A stretch of DNA of 24,000 nucleotides from an uncultured Neisseria sp. (GCA_963533245.1 CAUSOO010000018.1:7129-31128); one strand, 5' to 3'. Shown: positions 1 through 8,314, counted from the stretch's first letter. The notes: generated by a model from the sequence alone, not told the origin. Made by a program: numbers and translations.

Positions 1-369
1 ACGACCTCGGAAAGGTTTTGCCGCAAGTCAGATTGGAATATAAATATAATGATTTTGATTATTATTTGTATGATTTTTTGAGATTTTAACAAGTTTTTAA
101 GCGCATGCAAACATTTGCCAGATATATCCGCATTCAATAGTTAAAATGATTTAAAAACCTATTCCATTGTTTAACATAAAAATATTCCATTTTTTATATA
201 ACCCATATAGGCAAACAAGAAATTCAAAAATAAAAATTGCCTGAATATGTCTTATCAGCTGGTCAAAACACTTTCTTACCATTCAAACGAAAAATCCTAA
301 CCAAGCCCATAAGGCATTTTCAGACGACCTTTTTAGCTACCTGCTTTAGGTTCTTTTTCTCATGTGGCT

Positions 370-389
370 CAAACTGCTCAAGCAGTTTG
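370..389 (+). promoter_or_regulatory. Perfect 8-4-8 inverted repeat (CAAACTGC-TCAA-GCAGTTTG) about 60 nt upstream of gabD. It could be an operator or an attenuator hairpin.
   Basis: Read directly: 370-377 is the reverse complement of 382-389, followed by CGCTTTTAT. It lies between a DUS at 319..330 and the gabD RBS/ATG at 452. Confidence 0.3.
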
Positions 390-451
390 CGCTTTTATCC
401 TATGAGGAGAATAATGACTTCCATCCATCATCTATACACACGAGGACAGGC

Positions 452-1888
452 ATGAACTCTTTTGCATCATTGTTAAACCATCCCGATATTTCTTTTCTTC
501 CGATTCCAGACAGTATCAAAGTCGATAATCCGGCAACGGGCGAGACTTTGGCGTTTGTCCGCACAACCCGTTCAGACGGCCTCAAGCTGCTGATTCAAAA
601 GGCGGAGGCTGCACAAAAATTATGGGCGGCAAAAACTGCGTTGGAACGCGCCGATGTGTTGTGGCGTTGGTATTTTTTGATGAAGGAGAACAAAGAAGAA
701 CTGGCGCGCATCATGACGATGGAACAGGGCAAAAGCCTGACCGAGGCGCGCGGCGAAATCGATTATGCGGCTTCGTTTGTGCGCTGGTTTGCCGAAGAAG
801 CGCGGCGGATTGACGGCGATGTGCTGACGAGCGTGAAAGCGTCGCAAAAACTGGTCGTGTTGAAACAGCCCGTCGGCGTTACCGCTGCGATTACGCCGTG
901 GAACTTCCCGTCCGCAATGATTGCGCGCAAGGCCGCGCCTGCTTTGGCGGTGGGCTGCGCGATGATAGTCAAACCTGCATCGCTCACGCCCCTGAGCGCG
1001 TATGCGCTGGCCTTGCTGGCTTACGAAGCGGGCGTGCCGCAGGATTTGCTACCCGTCGTCAGCGGCCGCGCTTCGGAAATCAGCCATGAATTTGCCACGA
1101 ACCCGACCGTGCGCAAAATCAGCTTTACCGGTTCGACCAAAGTCGGCGCGAAAATTTTTGCCGACAGCGCGGCGGACATTAAAAAACTCAGTTTGGAACT
1201 GGGCGGCAACGCGCCGTTTATCGTGTTTGACGATGCCGATTTGGACAAAGCCGTCGAAGGCGCGCTGGCGAGCAAGTTCCGTAACAGCGGCCAGACCTGC
1301 GTCTGCACCAACCGCGTGTACGCTCAATCGGGCATTTACGACGAATTTTGCCGCAAATTAAGCGAAAAAGTAGCCGCGCTCAAATTGGGCAACGGTTTGG
1401 ATGAAGGCGTGAACCAAGGGCCGCTGATTGAGGGAAAAGCGGTGGAGAAAGTCGAGCAGCACATCGCCGACGCGCTCTCAAAAGGCGCGGTCTGCCTGAC
1501 CGGCGGCAAACGCAGCGCGTTGGGCGGAACGTTTTTCGAACCGACCGTCTTAAGCGGCGTAACGGCGCAAATGGCGGTGGCGCGCGAAGAAACCTTCGGG
1601 CCGTTGTGTCCCGTATTCCGCTTTGCAACTGAAGCCGAAGTCATCGCGGCTGCCAACGATACGGAATACGGTTTGGCGGCCTACCTCTTCACTGCCGACA
1701 CCGCCCGCCAATGGCGCGTCGGCGAAGCCTTGGAATATGGCATGGTCGGCATCAATACCGGCCTAATCAGCAATGAAGCGGCACCGTTCGGCGGCGTGAA
1801 ACGCAGCGGACTGGGACGTGAAGGCAGCAAATACGGTGCGGACGAATATTTGGAATTGAAATATTTGTGTATCGATGTAGCGGATTGA
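452..1888 (+). CDS. gabD: NAD(P)+-dependent succinate-semialdehyde dehydrogenase (aldehyde dehydrogenase superfamily)
   Basis: The ORF track frame 362..1888 matches E. coli GabD as I recall it along its length (AITPWNFP, LELGGNAPFIVFDDADLDKAVEGALASKFRNSGQTCVC, EETFGP, GREGSKYG). I chose the internal ATG at 452 because it follows a GAGGA-like RBS and gives a GabD-like N-terminus. The upstream 30 codons contain a hairpin. Confidence 0.9.
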   Translation: MNSFASLLNHPDISFLPIPDSIKVDNPATGETLAFVRTTRSDGLKLLIQKAEAAQKLWAAKTALERADVLWRWYFLMKENKEELARIMTMEQGKSLTEARGEIDYAASFVRWFAEEARRIDGDVLTSVKASQKLVVLKQPVGVTAAITPWNFPSAMIARKAAPALAVGCAMIVKPASLTPLSAYALALLAYEAGVPQDLLPVVSGRASEISHEFATNPTVRKISFTGSTKVGAKIFADSAADIKKLSLELGGNAPFIVFDDADLDKAVEGALASKFRNSGQTCVCTNRVYAQSGIYDEFCRKLSEKVAALKLGNGLDEGVNQGPLIEGKAVEKVEQHIADALSKGAVCLTGGKRSALGGTFFEPTVLSGVTAQMAVAREETFGPLCPVFRFATEAEVIAAANDTEYGLAAYLFTADTARQWRVGEALEYGMVGINTGLISNEAAPFGGVKRSGLGREGSKYGADEYLELKYLCIDVAD

Positions 1889-1901
1889 GTTTAGTCTCAG
1901 G

Positions 1902-1913
1902 AGGTCGTCTGAA
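1902..1913 (+). repeat. DNA uptake sequence, AGGTCGTCTGAA dialect
   Basis: Exact 12-mer, 14 nt after the gabD stop codon. Confidence 0.9.
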
Positions 1914-2183
1914 AACGTAACTTCAGCAAGATAATCTCCCCCTATCTTTGCAGCACTCTGAAAAAATTGGCGGAAATCAACAAATACGCGATATAAGACT
2001 AACGTATCGTGCAACTGATGAGTTCGCCAAATATTTTGCTGGGGCAACGACACCAAACTTTAAGGCTCACTGGATAGTATGGGAAAGTCCGTTACACAGC
2101 CGGCAAACAGGGGAGATATAGTGGATTTGAAACTGTTTACTTGAAACAATAATTTTTAAAGCAATAACATAGGAAAAAAGAAA

Positions 2184-2537
2184 ATGAAAAGATTGTTTAT
2201 ATTTGCTCTAGCTTGCTTTACTGCGAGCTGTACTGTCACACCAAAAGTCGAATCATTGCCTGATGCAGAATTAAATAAGCCATATTTCATAGAATTTAAT
2301 GTGGCCAATCAAGCCACTTATCCCGATCATTTCATAGTAGAAATGGATCCTCCGAATTCGGGGTTAACTGTAAAGCCCATCGATAAGTGGTATGATACGG
2401 TTCATATTTCTGGAACTCCACAGACCAAACAGGATATTACGATTGAAATTTCTTATTATATAAGAGGGCCAGGAGGATTTTTGGGATTGGGAAAGAAGGA
2501 TCATAAGAAATTTTATCAGATAAAAGTTAAAGAATGA
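2184..2537 (+). CDS. Hypothetical small lipoprotein (117 aa), AT-rich
   Basis: The N-terminus MKRLFIFALACFTASC looks like a signal peptide with a lipobox-like TAS-C. GGAAAAAAG lies upstream. G+C is low (21/60 counted at 2281-2340). I recognise no family. Confidence 0.5.
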   Translation: MKRLFIFALACFTASCTVTPKVESLPDAELNKPYFIEFNVANQATYPDHFIVEMDPPNSGLTVKPIDKWYDTVHISGTPQTKQDITIEISYYIRGPGGFLGLGKKDHKKFYQIKVKE

Positions 2538-2665
2538 GTTAAGGTTATCTGACCTGAAGGTTTAGTTTAGATAGCTTTTCTCTAAGAAAGGATTGTTCAT
2601 ATTTCAAGAAAGCACTGTGTTGTTTACATAACAGGCGTAGGTTGAATTGGAAGCCTAACTTTCTC

Positions 2666-2697
2666 AAAGGTCGTCTGAAAGTTTTCAGACGACCTTT
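2666..2697. terminator. Inverted DUS pair forming a hairpin (AAAGGTCGTCTGAAA / TTTCAGACGACCTTT) with flanking A and T runs
   Basis: The arms at 2666-2680 and 2683-2697 are perfect reverse complements. A T-run follows. Confidence 0.5.
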
Positions 2698-2754
2698 TTA
2701 CTAATGGCAGTCGTTCCGTTCGATTGTTCATGCAACAGAAGAAACGGAAGATGA

Positions 2755-2911
2755 TATAGTGGATTAACTTTAAACCAGTACGGCGTTGCCTCGCCTTAGC
2801 TCAAAGAGAACGATTCTCTAAGGTGCTGAAGCACCAAGTGAATCGGTTCCGTACTATCTGTACTGTCTGCGGCTTCGTCGCCTTGTCCTGATTTAAAGTT
2901 AATCCACTATA
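2755..2911. mobile_element. Correia repeat-enclosed element (CREE), full-length 157 bp form
   Basis: Starts TATAGTGGATTAACTTTAAACCAGTACGGCGTTGCCTCGCC and ends with the inverted TTAATCCACTATA. This is the characteristic Neisseria Correia terminal inverted repeat and core. Confidence 0.93.
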
Positions 2912-3031
2912 TATCGAGTATAAACTCTGGAAAAACAATTTCCTGAAGCCGCGACCGGCTTCGTATCACTTGCGTTTTCTTCGGCTGACAAATTGGCATA
3001 AAAGTGTATTGTTAATCTTTTCATCATCAAT

Positions 3032-3068
3032 AAAAAAACCAACCTCTCAAAGGTCGGTTTTTTTTATT
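3032..3068 (-). terminator. Bidirectional rho-independent terminator closing the minus-strand thrS...ihfA-MerR-like cluster
   Basis: A-run, stem ACCAACCT/AGGTCGGT (one mismatch), 5-nt loop, then a T-run. It lies 25 nt downstream of the stop codon at 3093. Confidence 0.6.
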
Positions 3069-3092
3069 TTTCGCAGAAATACGAAATGGCGA

Positions 3093-3407
3093 TTATGAAT
3101 GCGCTTCCAAATCTGCCAAGATTTGATTCAGGCTATCCCTAACCTCTTCTGCCTTTGCAGCAGGATGACCGTTTGCATCCAAAGAATCACGGCTGAAGCG
3201 GTCGACATAAGGCGCAAAGGTATCTTTCAGCTTCAAAAGCTTCACCACATCGGAACGGGTGTAACGATCGCCGCCGTAACCGACAACGATACCGTTCTCA
3301 TGTTGCCACTGGGCAAATTGTGACGGGCTGATTTGCACCAGTTCGCACATTTCGTCCAGCGAGAAATAACGTTTTGCAGGAATAACGGGATTAACGTTGT
3401 TTGTCAT
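3093..3407 (-). CDS. Small MerR-family-like DNA-binding protein (104 aa) immediately downstream of ihfA
   Basis: The segment [44 protein letters not shown] fits the MerR-type HTH and wing pattern. I chose the ATG at 3405-3407 (MTNNVNPV), which overlaps the ihfA stop region by 17 nt, rather than the longer track start at 3446. Confidence 0.65.
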   Translation of the reverse strand: MTNNVNPVIPAKRYFSLDEMCELVQISPSQFAQWQHENGIVVGYGGDRYTRSDVVKLLKLKDTFAPYVDRFSRDSLDANGHPAAKAEEVRDSLNQILADLEAHS

Positions 3408-3693
3408 AGTAATGCTCCACCATGCCTTTGAGTTTTTGGCTGGCATGGAAAGTGACTACGCGGCGGGCGGTAATCGGTACTTCTTCGCCGGTTTTCGGAT
3501 TACGGCCGGGACGCTGCGGTTTGTCGCGCAACTGAAAATTACCGAAACCGGAAATTTTGATTTCTTCGCCGCGTGCCAAAGTGCTGCGGATTTCTTCAAA
3601 AAAGAGTTCGACGATTTCTTTGGCATCGTTTTTGGTTACATTGCTGACTTTATCTACCAAAATATCGGCCAATTCGGCTTTAGTTAATGTCAT
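3391..3693 (-). CDS. ihfA: Integration host factor subunit alpha
   Basis: 100 aa with DNABII hallmarks ([26 protein letters not shown]). It sits in the conserved position after pheT. Confidence 0.95.
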   Translation of the reverse strand: MTLTKAELADILVDKVSNVTKNDAKEIVELFFEEIRSTLARGEEIKISGFGNFQLRDKPQRPGRNPKTGEEVPITARRVVTFHASQKLKGMVEHYYDKQR

Positions 3694-3766
3694 ATTATTA
3701 CCTTCTGTTGTAACAGGTGCAGATTATTACCAATTTCTATTTAAAATTCAAGCGAATATTTATTTT

Positions 3767-6130
3767 TTAGCTGCGAAGTTGCGCTCCTGCAGCAGTTGCC
3801 GCATCAATCAGTTTTCCGATAACCGGCTCGACTGTTTCATCCGTCAGCGTGTTTTCCATATCCTGCAAAATCACTTTAACTGCCATGCTCTTCATCCCTT
3901 CAGGCAGGCCCGTACCGCGATACACGTCAAATACGCTGATTTCCTGTACCAACTTGTTTGTCGCGCCGTTCAAGGCGGCCAACAAATCATCATGGATCAT
4001 GGTTTCAGGCATCACAAACGCCAAATCCCTGCGCACCGGCTGAAATTTCGATACTGCCTGATAACGCGTTTTTTCGCGTTCCAACACGGCTGCCATATCG
4101 ATTTCAAATACCAGCGGTGCTTGCGGCAAGTCGTATTTTTGCAGCCATTTTGGATGCAATTCGCCGACAAAGCCGATAACTTGGCCGTCTGAAACGATAT
4201 TGGCAGCACGGCCGGGATGCAGGGCGGGATGTTCGGTTTTAACGAACTCAACCGCTTTGTTTTTCAACAGATTTTCCACATCCGCCTTGATGTCGTAAAA
4301 ATCCGCGTTGCGCGTTTTCTCGCCCCACTGTTCGGGCATCGCCACGCCGTACCACAGGCCGCCGATGCGTTCGTTTTGTACAAACAGGCCGTCTGAATCC
4401 TTGCTGAACACGCGGGCGATTTCAAACACACGCACGCGGTTTTGCTTGCGGTTCAGATTGTTTTGCAGAATTTCCACCAAGCCGCCGATAAGCGTGGAAC
4501 GCATCACGGCATACTGCGCCGCCAGCGGATTTTGCAGGCGGATGGGGTTGGCGTTGGCGGCAAAATCGTGTTCCCACTGCTCGTCAACGAAGGCATAGCT
4601 GACTACTTCGCGGTAGCCGCGCGCCGCCATTTCGTTATAAACGGCAAAACGCGGACGGCGGGTTTCGGGCAGTGCCAGCATTTTCAGACGACCTGACGTG
4701 TAATCGTCGGGGATATTTTCATAGCCGTAAACGCGGCCGATTTCTTCAATCAAATCGGCTTCGATTTCGATGTCGAAACGAAAGCTCGGCGCGGTAACGC
4801 GGAAGCCTTCCGCCGTTTTTTCAGGCTGCAAGCCCAAGTGCTGCAAAATGGTTTCCACCTGTTCGGCAGGAATGTCCACGCCCAACACGGTCTTCAGACG
4901 ACCCAAACGCAATTCGACCTGCTTCGCTTCAGGCAATTCGCCCTGCGCTTCCACCATTTCTCCTGCCGCACCGACGCAGATTTGCAAAACCAATTCGGTA
5001 GCGCGTTCGATGGCGTCAGCCTGCAAACGGTAATCCACGCCGCGCTCAAAGCGGAACGACGAATCCGAGCCAAAACCGTATTGGCGCGATTTGCCAGCAA
5101 TAATTTCAGGCGCAAACCAAGCCGCTTCCAGCACGATATTTTGCGTGTCGTCTGAAACCGCGCTTGCCGCGCCGCCCATCAATCCTGCCAAACTCAACGC
5201 GCCTTTTTCATCGGCTACCACCAGCGTATTTTCAGACAAAGAGACGGTTTTCTCGTTCAGGCATTCCAGCGTTTCACCTTCGCGCGCGCGACGAATGTGC
5301 AGGCTGCCTGAAAGTTTGTCGGCATCGAAAACATGCATCGGCTGACCGATTTCCAGCATCACATAATTGCCAATGTCCACCAGCGCGGAAATACTGCGGA
5401 TGCCGCTGCGCTCCAAACGCTGCTTCATCCAATCCGGCGTGGCGGCGCGCGCGTTCACGTTTTCAATCACGCGGCTGATAAAGCGGCCGCAATCGGCAGG
5501 CGCATCAATCTGCACGGGCTGTTTGCGGCTGCCCGTGATTGGCGCGGCATGGATTGCAGGCTGCTTGAACGCGCAACCCGTCAGCGCGGACACTTCACGC
5601 GCAATGCCTTTGATACTCAGGCAGTCGGCACGGTTCGGCGTGATTTTCAGCGTGAACACCGTATCGTCCAAATCCAAATATTCACGGATGTTTGCACCGA
5701 CGGGCGCGTCTTGCGGCAGAATGTGCAAGCCGTTCACGCCGTCGTCAGGCAGACCGAGTTCGTCGGTGGAACACAACATGCCGTTCGACACCACGCCGCG
5801 CATCTTGGTCGGCTTGATTTTGAAATTGCCCGGCAACACCGCACCCGGCAACGAACACGGCACTTTGATGCCCGCTTTCACATTCGGCGCACCGCACACA
5901 ATCTGCACCAACTCGCCCGTACCCGCATCGACTTGGGTAACGTTCAAACGGTCGGCATCAGGATGTTTTTCAACGGATTTCACTTCGGCAATCACCACAC
6001 CCGTAAACGCAGGCGCGGCAGTCTCGGCTTCTTCCACTTCCAAGCCGGACATGGTTAACAGATGTTCCAGCTTATCGGCGGAAAGTTCGGTATCGGCTTG
6101 GGTTTTCAGCCATGAGTAGGAGAATTGCAT
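3767..6130 (-). CDS. pheT: Phenylalanine--tRNA ligase beta subunit
   Basis: 787 aa. It has the N-terminal tRNA-binding domain (MQFSYSWLK...VVIAEV...HPDADRL), the B3/4 and B5 domains and the C-terminal FDX-ACB region, all typical of PheT. Confidence 0.97.
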   Translation of the reverse strand: MQFSYSWLKTQADTELSADKLEHLLTMSGLEVEEAETAAPAFTGVVIAEVKSVEKHPDADRLNVTQVDAGTGELVQIVCGAPNVKAGIKVPCSLPGAVLPGNFKIKPTKMRGVVSNGMLCSTDELGLPDDGVNGLHILPQDAPVGANIREYLDLDDTVFTLKITPNRADCLSIKGIAREVSALTGCAFKQPAIHAAPITGSRKQPVQIDAPADCGRFISRVIENVNARAATPDWMKQRLERSGIRSISALVDIGNYVMLEIGQPMHVFDADKLSGSLHIRRAREGETLECLNEKTVSLSENTLVVADEKGALSLAGLMGGAASAVSDDTQNIVLEAAWFAPEIIAGKSRQYGFGSDSSFRFERGVDYRLQADAIERATELVLQICVGAAGEMVEAQGELPEAKQVELRLGRLKTVLGVDIPAEQVETILQHLGLQPEKTAEGFRVTAPSFRFDIEIEADLIEEIGRVYGYENIPDDYTSGRLKMLALPETRRPRFAVYNEMAARGYREVVSYAFVDEQWEHDFAANANPIRLQNPLAAQYAVMRSTLIGGLVEILQNNLNRKQNRVRVFEIARVFSKDSDGLFVQNERIGGLWYGVAMPEQWGEKTRNADFYDIKADVENLLKNKAVEFVKTEHPALHPGRAANIVSDGQVIGFVGELHPKWLQKYDLPQAPLVFEIDMAAVLEREKTRYQAVSKFQPVRRDLAFVMPETMIHDDLLAALNGATNKLVQEISVFDVYRGTGLPEGMKSMAVKVILQDMENTLTDETVEPVIGKLIDAATAAGAQLRS

Positions 6131-6162
6131 GTTATGTTCTCAAAAAATGTAGGTTGTAATAA

Positions 6163-7164
6163 TTAGAATTGCAAGGTAGTCCGGTGCCGTACATCTGTTT
6201 CAGATAGTAGGGATTTTATATCACCATAAAGCCTAGACAGTGGTCTTAAAAAATCGGTACCGTTGATGTTTTTTGGCATTTCCCTATTATTCTTACTATA
6301 AAATTCAAAGATCTGATTATAGGTATTTGTTTTATTTTCCTGCTGTTTCAGAGATACAGGAATATCTGGCAGGTACATTGCCAAAAATCCAACCCTTTGG
6401 AAATTACGGATTTTAGCTTTACTGGTAAATTCTTTATAATCGGTGAAAAAGCCAACACCCAGAATATCTGTGGTATAGCCAGAAGCCAACAGCCTCTCAC
6501 GGGCAAAATTCGATTTGACGGACAACCATAAGTTATTGGGCAGACACATCAGTACAAAATCACCATAAGACTGGATTTCCGGATTGTTGGTTTTAAAAAA
6601 ATGTATGCCATCGATCAAATCAGCCAAAGCCCTTTCCAGCAACATTTCAGAAATAGTTCCCAAATTAGACACCCCACTCTGTGATTCGGATTCAGTTTGC
6701 CGTCTCACCCATGCCAAACGATTTAAATCATCTATTTCAGTCTTAAAGCGGATAAAATTTTCCGAATCAACCTCCTCACCAACCAACAGAGCAATTACTT
6801 TCAGAGTGATCTCTGCTTTTAAGTGGATATGTTTTAATACCAAGCCGAATACCGGAAATTCAGCAACAAAAATCCAAATCAGTTTTTGATACGGGTTATT
6901 ATCATACCTAGGTATCTCGACAGAACAGGATTTTCTTAACGCAGACTGTTCACTTTTGCTCATTTTTGCATATAAGTCGATAATTTCATCTTTAAAATCA
7001 TCAGCATCCAATTCCATCAGTTTACCTTGAGACGGTAATGCATTGTAAAGCAACCGATATACTGGACGGTAAAATCCGTCTGCAATTTCTTGACTGAAGT
7101 GGCTGAAATCAGGTTCAGACGACACTTCTATGCCCCTGATACATTTCACCGAAACATCTTCCAT
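6163..7164 (-). CDS. Putative type II restriction endonuclease, assigned by context only (333 aa from ATG 7164; 344 aa if TTG 7197 is used)
   Basis: A long AT-rich ORF divergent from a cytosine-5 DNA methyltransferase and near a vsr gene. I could not recognise any family motif by eye. AAGAGG lies 11 nt before the ATG at 7162-7164. Confidence 0.45.
   Translation of the reverse strand: MEDVSVKCIRGIEVSSEPDFSHFSQEIADGFYRPVYRLLYNALPSQGKLMELDADDFKDEIIDLYAKMSKSEQSALRKSCSVEIPRYDNNPYQKLIWIFVAEFPVFGLVLKHIHLKAEITLKVIALLVGEEVDSENFIRFKTEIDDLNRLAWVRRQTESESQSGVSNLGTISEMLLERALADLIDGIHFFKTNNPEIQSYGDFVLMCLPNNLWLSVKSNFARERLLASGYTTDILGVGFFTDYKEFTSKAKIRNFQRVGFLAMYLPDIPVSLKQQENKTNTYNQIFEFYSKNNREMPKNINGTDFLRPLSRLYGDIKSLLSETDVRHRTTLQF
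7114..7123 (-). repeat. DUS 10-mer core (GTCGTCTGAA on the minus strand) inside the putative endonuclease gene
   Basis: Exact TTCAGACGAC on the plus strand. Confidence 0.7.
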
Positions 7165-7240
7165 AAATTTAAAAACCTCTTGGCTTTTTACAATCAAAAA
7201 GATAAAATGTGCTTAATCTGGTACATTTATAGACCCTGAT

Positions 7241-8314
7241 ATGAAGCAAATCCACATCAAATTAAACGACGAACTACACCAAAAATTGTCCACATACTGC
7301 AAACTAAACCATTTAAGTATCCAAGACTTTGTAGAATCTCAATTATTTTCGAGTCTATACAAGTCGCAAACTCCCCAAAACGCACCCTTTCGGTTTATCG
7401 ACCTTTTTGCTGGAATCGGCGGAATCCGGTTGCCTTTTGAAGAATTGGGAGGGCAATGCGTATTCAGTTCCGAAATCGATAAATTTGCCAAAACAACCTA
7501 TCAGGCATTCTATGGAGATGTCCCGCATGGCGACATTACACAAATCGCTCCGTCCGAAATTCCTGATTTCGACCTGTTACTAGCCGGATTTCCCTGCCAG
7601 CCATTCAGCCAAGCAGGATTGAAAAAAGGCTTTACTGATACACGCGGTACAATGTTTTTCCATATAGAAGAAATCATCCGCCAAAAGCATCCTAAAGCTT
7701 TTCTATTGGAAAACGTAAAAGGTTTAAAAGGACACGATAAAGGTCGGACATTCCAAACAATCTATGACTCTCTGACTGCGCTCGGCTATACTGTCAATGC
7801 CAAAGTAATGGCAGCTAAAGATTTCAACCTACCCCAAAACCGTGAACGGATTTATATAGTCGGCTTTCGCTCAGCAAAAGATGCCGCACAATTTGAATTT
7901 CCCCATCCCTTACCTAAAACCGTGAAGGTGGGAGATATCTTGGAATCCTTCCCCGATGCCAAATATACAATTTCAGACAGACTTTGGCAGGGACATTTAC
8001 GACGCAAAGCCGAGCATAAACAGAAAGGAAATGGTTTTGGTTACGGTCTGTTCAATGCACAATCCGAATATACCAACACTATTTCAGCACGTTACTATAA
8101 AGATGGTTCTGAAATTCTAATTGAACAGGAAAATACCAACCCGCGCAAACTTACTCCATTAGAAGCTGCAAGATTACAGGGATTTCCTGATGAAATCGTT
8201 CTCAAAGCGCGTAAGCGGGGGGTATCAGATGTGCAACTTTACAAACAATTTGGTAATTCCGTAGCTGTAAATGTCATTCGCAGCATTGCCCAAAAAATAG
8301 TTCCTCTACTATAA
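7241..8314 (+). CDS. DNA (cytosine-5)-methyltransferase with an N-terminal extension of about 45 aa resembling a ribbon-helix-helix domain
   Basis: Canonical m5C motifs are present: I DLFAGIGG, IV GFPCQPFS, VI ENVKGL, VIII QNRERIYIVG, X QFGNSVAV. Motif I begins near residue 53. An in-frame stop at 7214 leaves the ATG at 7241 as the only start. Confidence 0.93.
   Translation: MKQIHIKLNDELHQKLSTYCKLNHLSIQDFVESQLFSSLYKSQTPQNAPFRFIDLFAGIGGIRLPFEELGGQCVFSSEIDKFAKTTYQAFYGDVPHGDITQIAPSEIPDFDLLLAGFPCQPFSQAGLKKGFTDTRGTMFFHIEEIIRQKHPKAFLLENVKGLKGHDKGRTFQTIYDSLTALGYTVNAKVMAAKDFNLPQNRERIYIVGFRSAKDAAQFEFPHPLPKTVKVGDILESFPDAKYTISDRLWQGHLRRKAEHKQKGNGFGYGLFNAQSEYTNTISARYYKDGSEILIEQENTNPRKLTPLEAARLQGFPDEIVLKARKRGVSDVQLYKQFGNSVAVNVIRSIAQKIVPLL

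Noticed and set aside
362-451. N-terminal extensions offered by the ORF track for gabD (362), rpmI (10646), argS (17630, TTG), the ABC gene (19437), the MerR-like gene (3446) and thrS (13152, TTG).
   Set aside because: In each case an internal ATG with a better RBS gives the N-terminus expected for the family. The extensions run through hairpins, terminators or upstream genes.
237-455. A 72-aa ORF in the AT-rich region upstream of gabD, and a 96-aa ORF at 16785..17075.
   Set aside because: Neither has an RBS. The composition is odd and they overlap a DUS, a hairpin or the start of a better-supported gene. They are probably non-coding leader or intergenic DNA.
1921-2119. An open plus-strand frame of about 66 codons after gabD (…IRDIRLTYRATDEFAKYFAGATTPNFKAHWIVWESPL…), and the overlapping minus-strand ORF at 1763..2056.
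   Set aside because: The plus frame has no ATG and no RBS. I cannot match either frame to any family. It may be a gene remnant, but that cannot be supported from the sequence alone.
2344-2360. BamHI (GGATCC) and EcoRI (GAATTC) sites 3 nt apart inside the lipoprotein ORF, which look like a polylinker.
   Set aside because: The surrounding sequence is a continuous ORF with no other vector-like features. Two 6-mers in AT-rich DNA are most simply a coincidence.
5333-6119. Two long plus-strand ORFs (241 and 250 aa) antisense to pheT, plus many shorter antisense ORFs in gabD, thrS, argS, tgt and prmB (for example 14986..15729, 17951..18574, 18605..19333).
   Set aside because: They lie wholly inside well-supported, conserved genes on the opposite strand. 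Their composition is Arg/Ala/His-rich and low-complexity, as is typical of antisense frames in GC-rich coding DNA. They have no RBS or family resemblance.
7165-7240. A search for a clear operator palindrome or canonical -35/-10 pairs in the divergent endonuclease/methyltransferase control region.
   Set aside because: I found only weak candidates. TTTACA and TAAAAT are separated by just 10 bp, and there are A5/T5 runs. Nothing is strong enough to call, so the regulatory hypothesis rests on the RHH-like domain and the tight spacing only.
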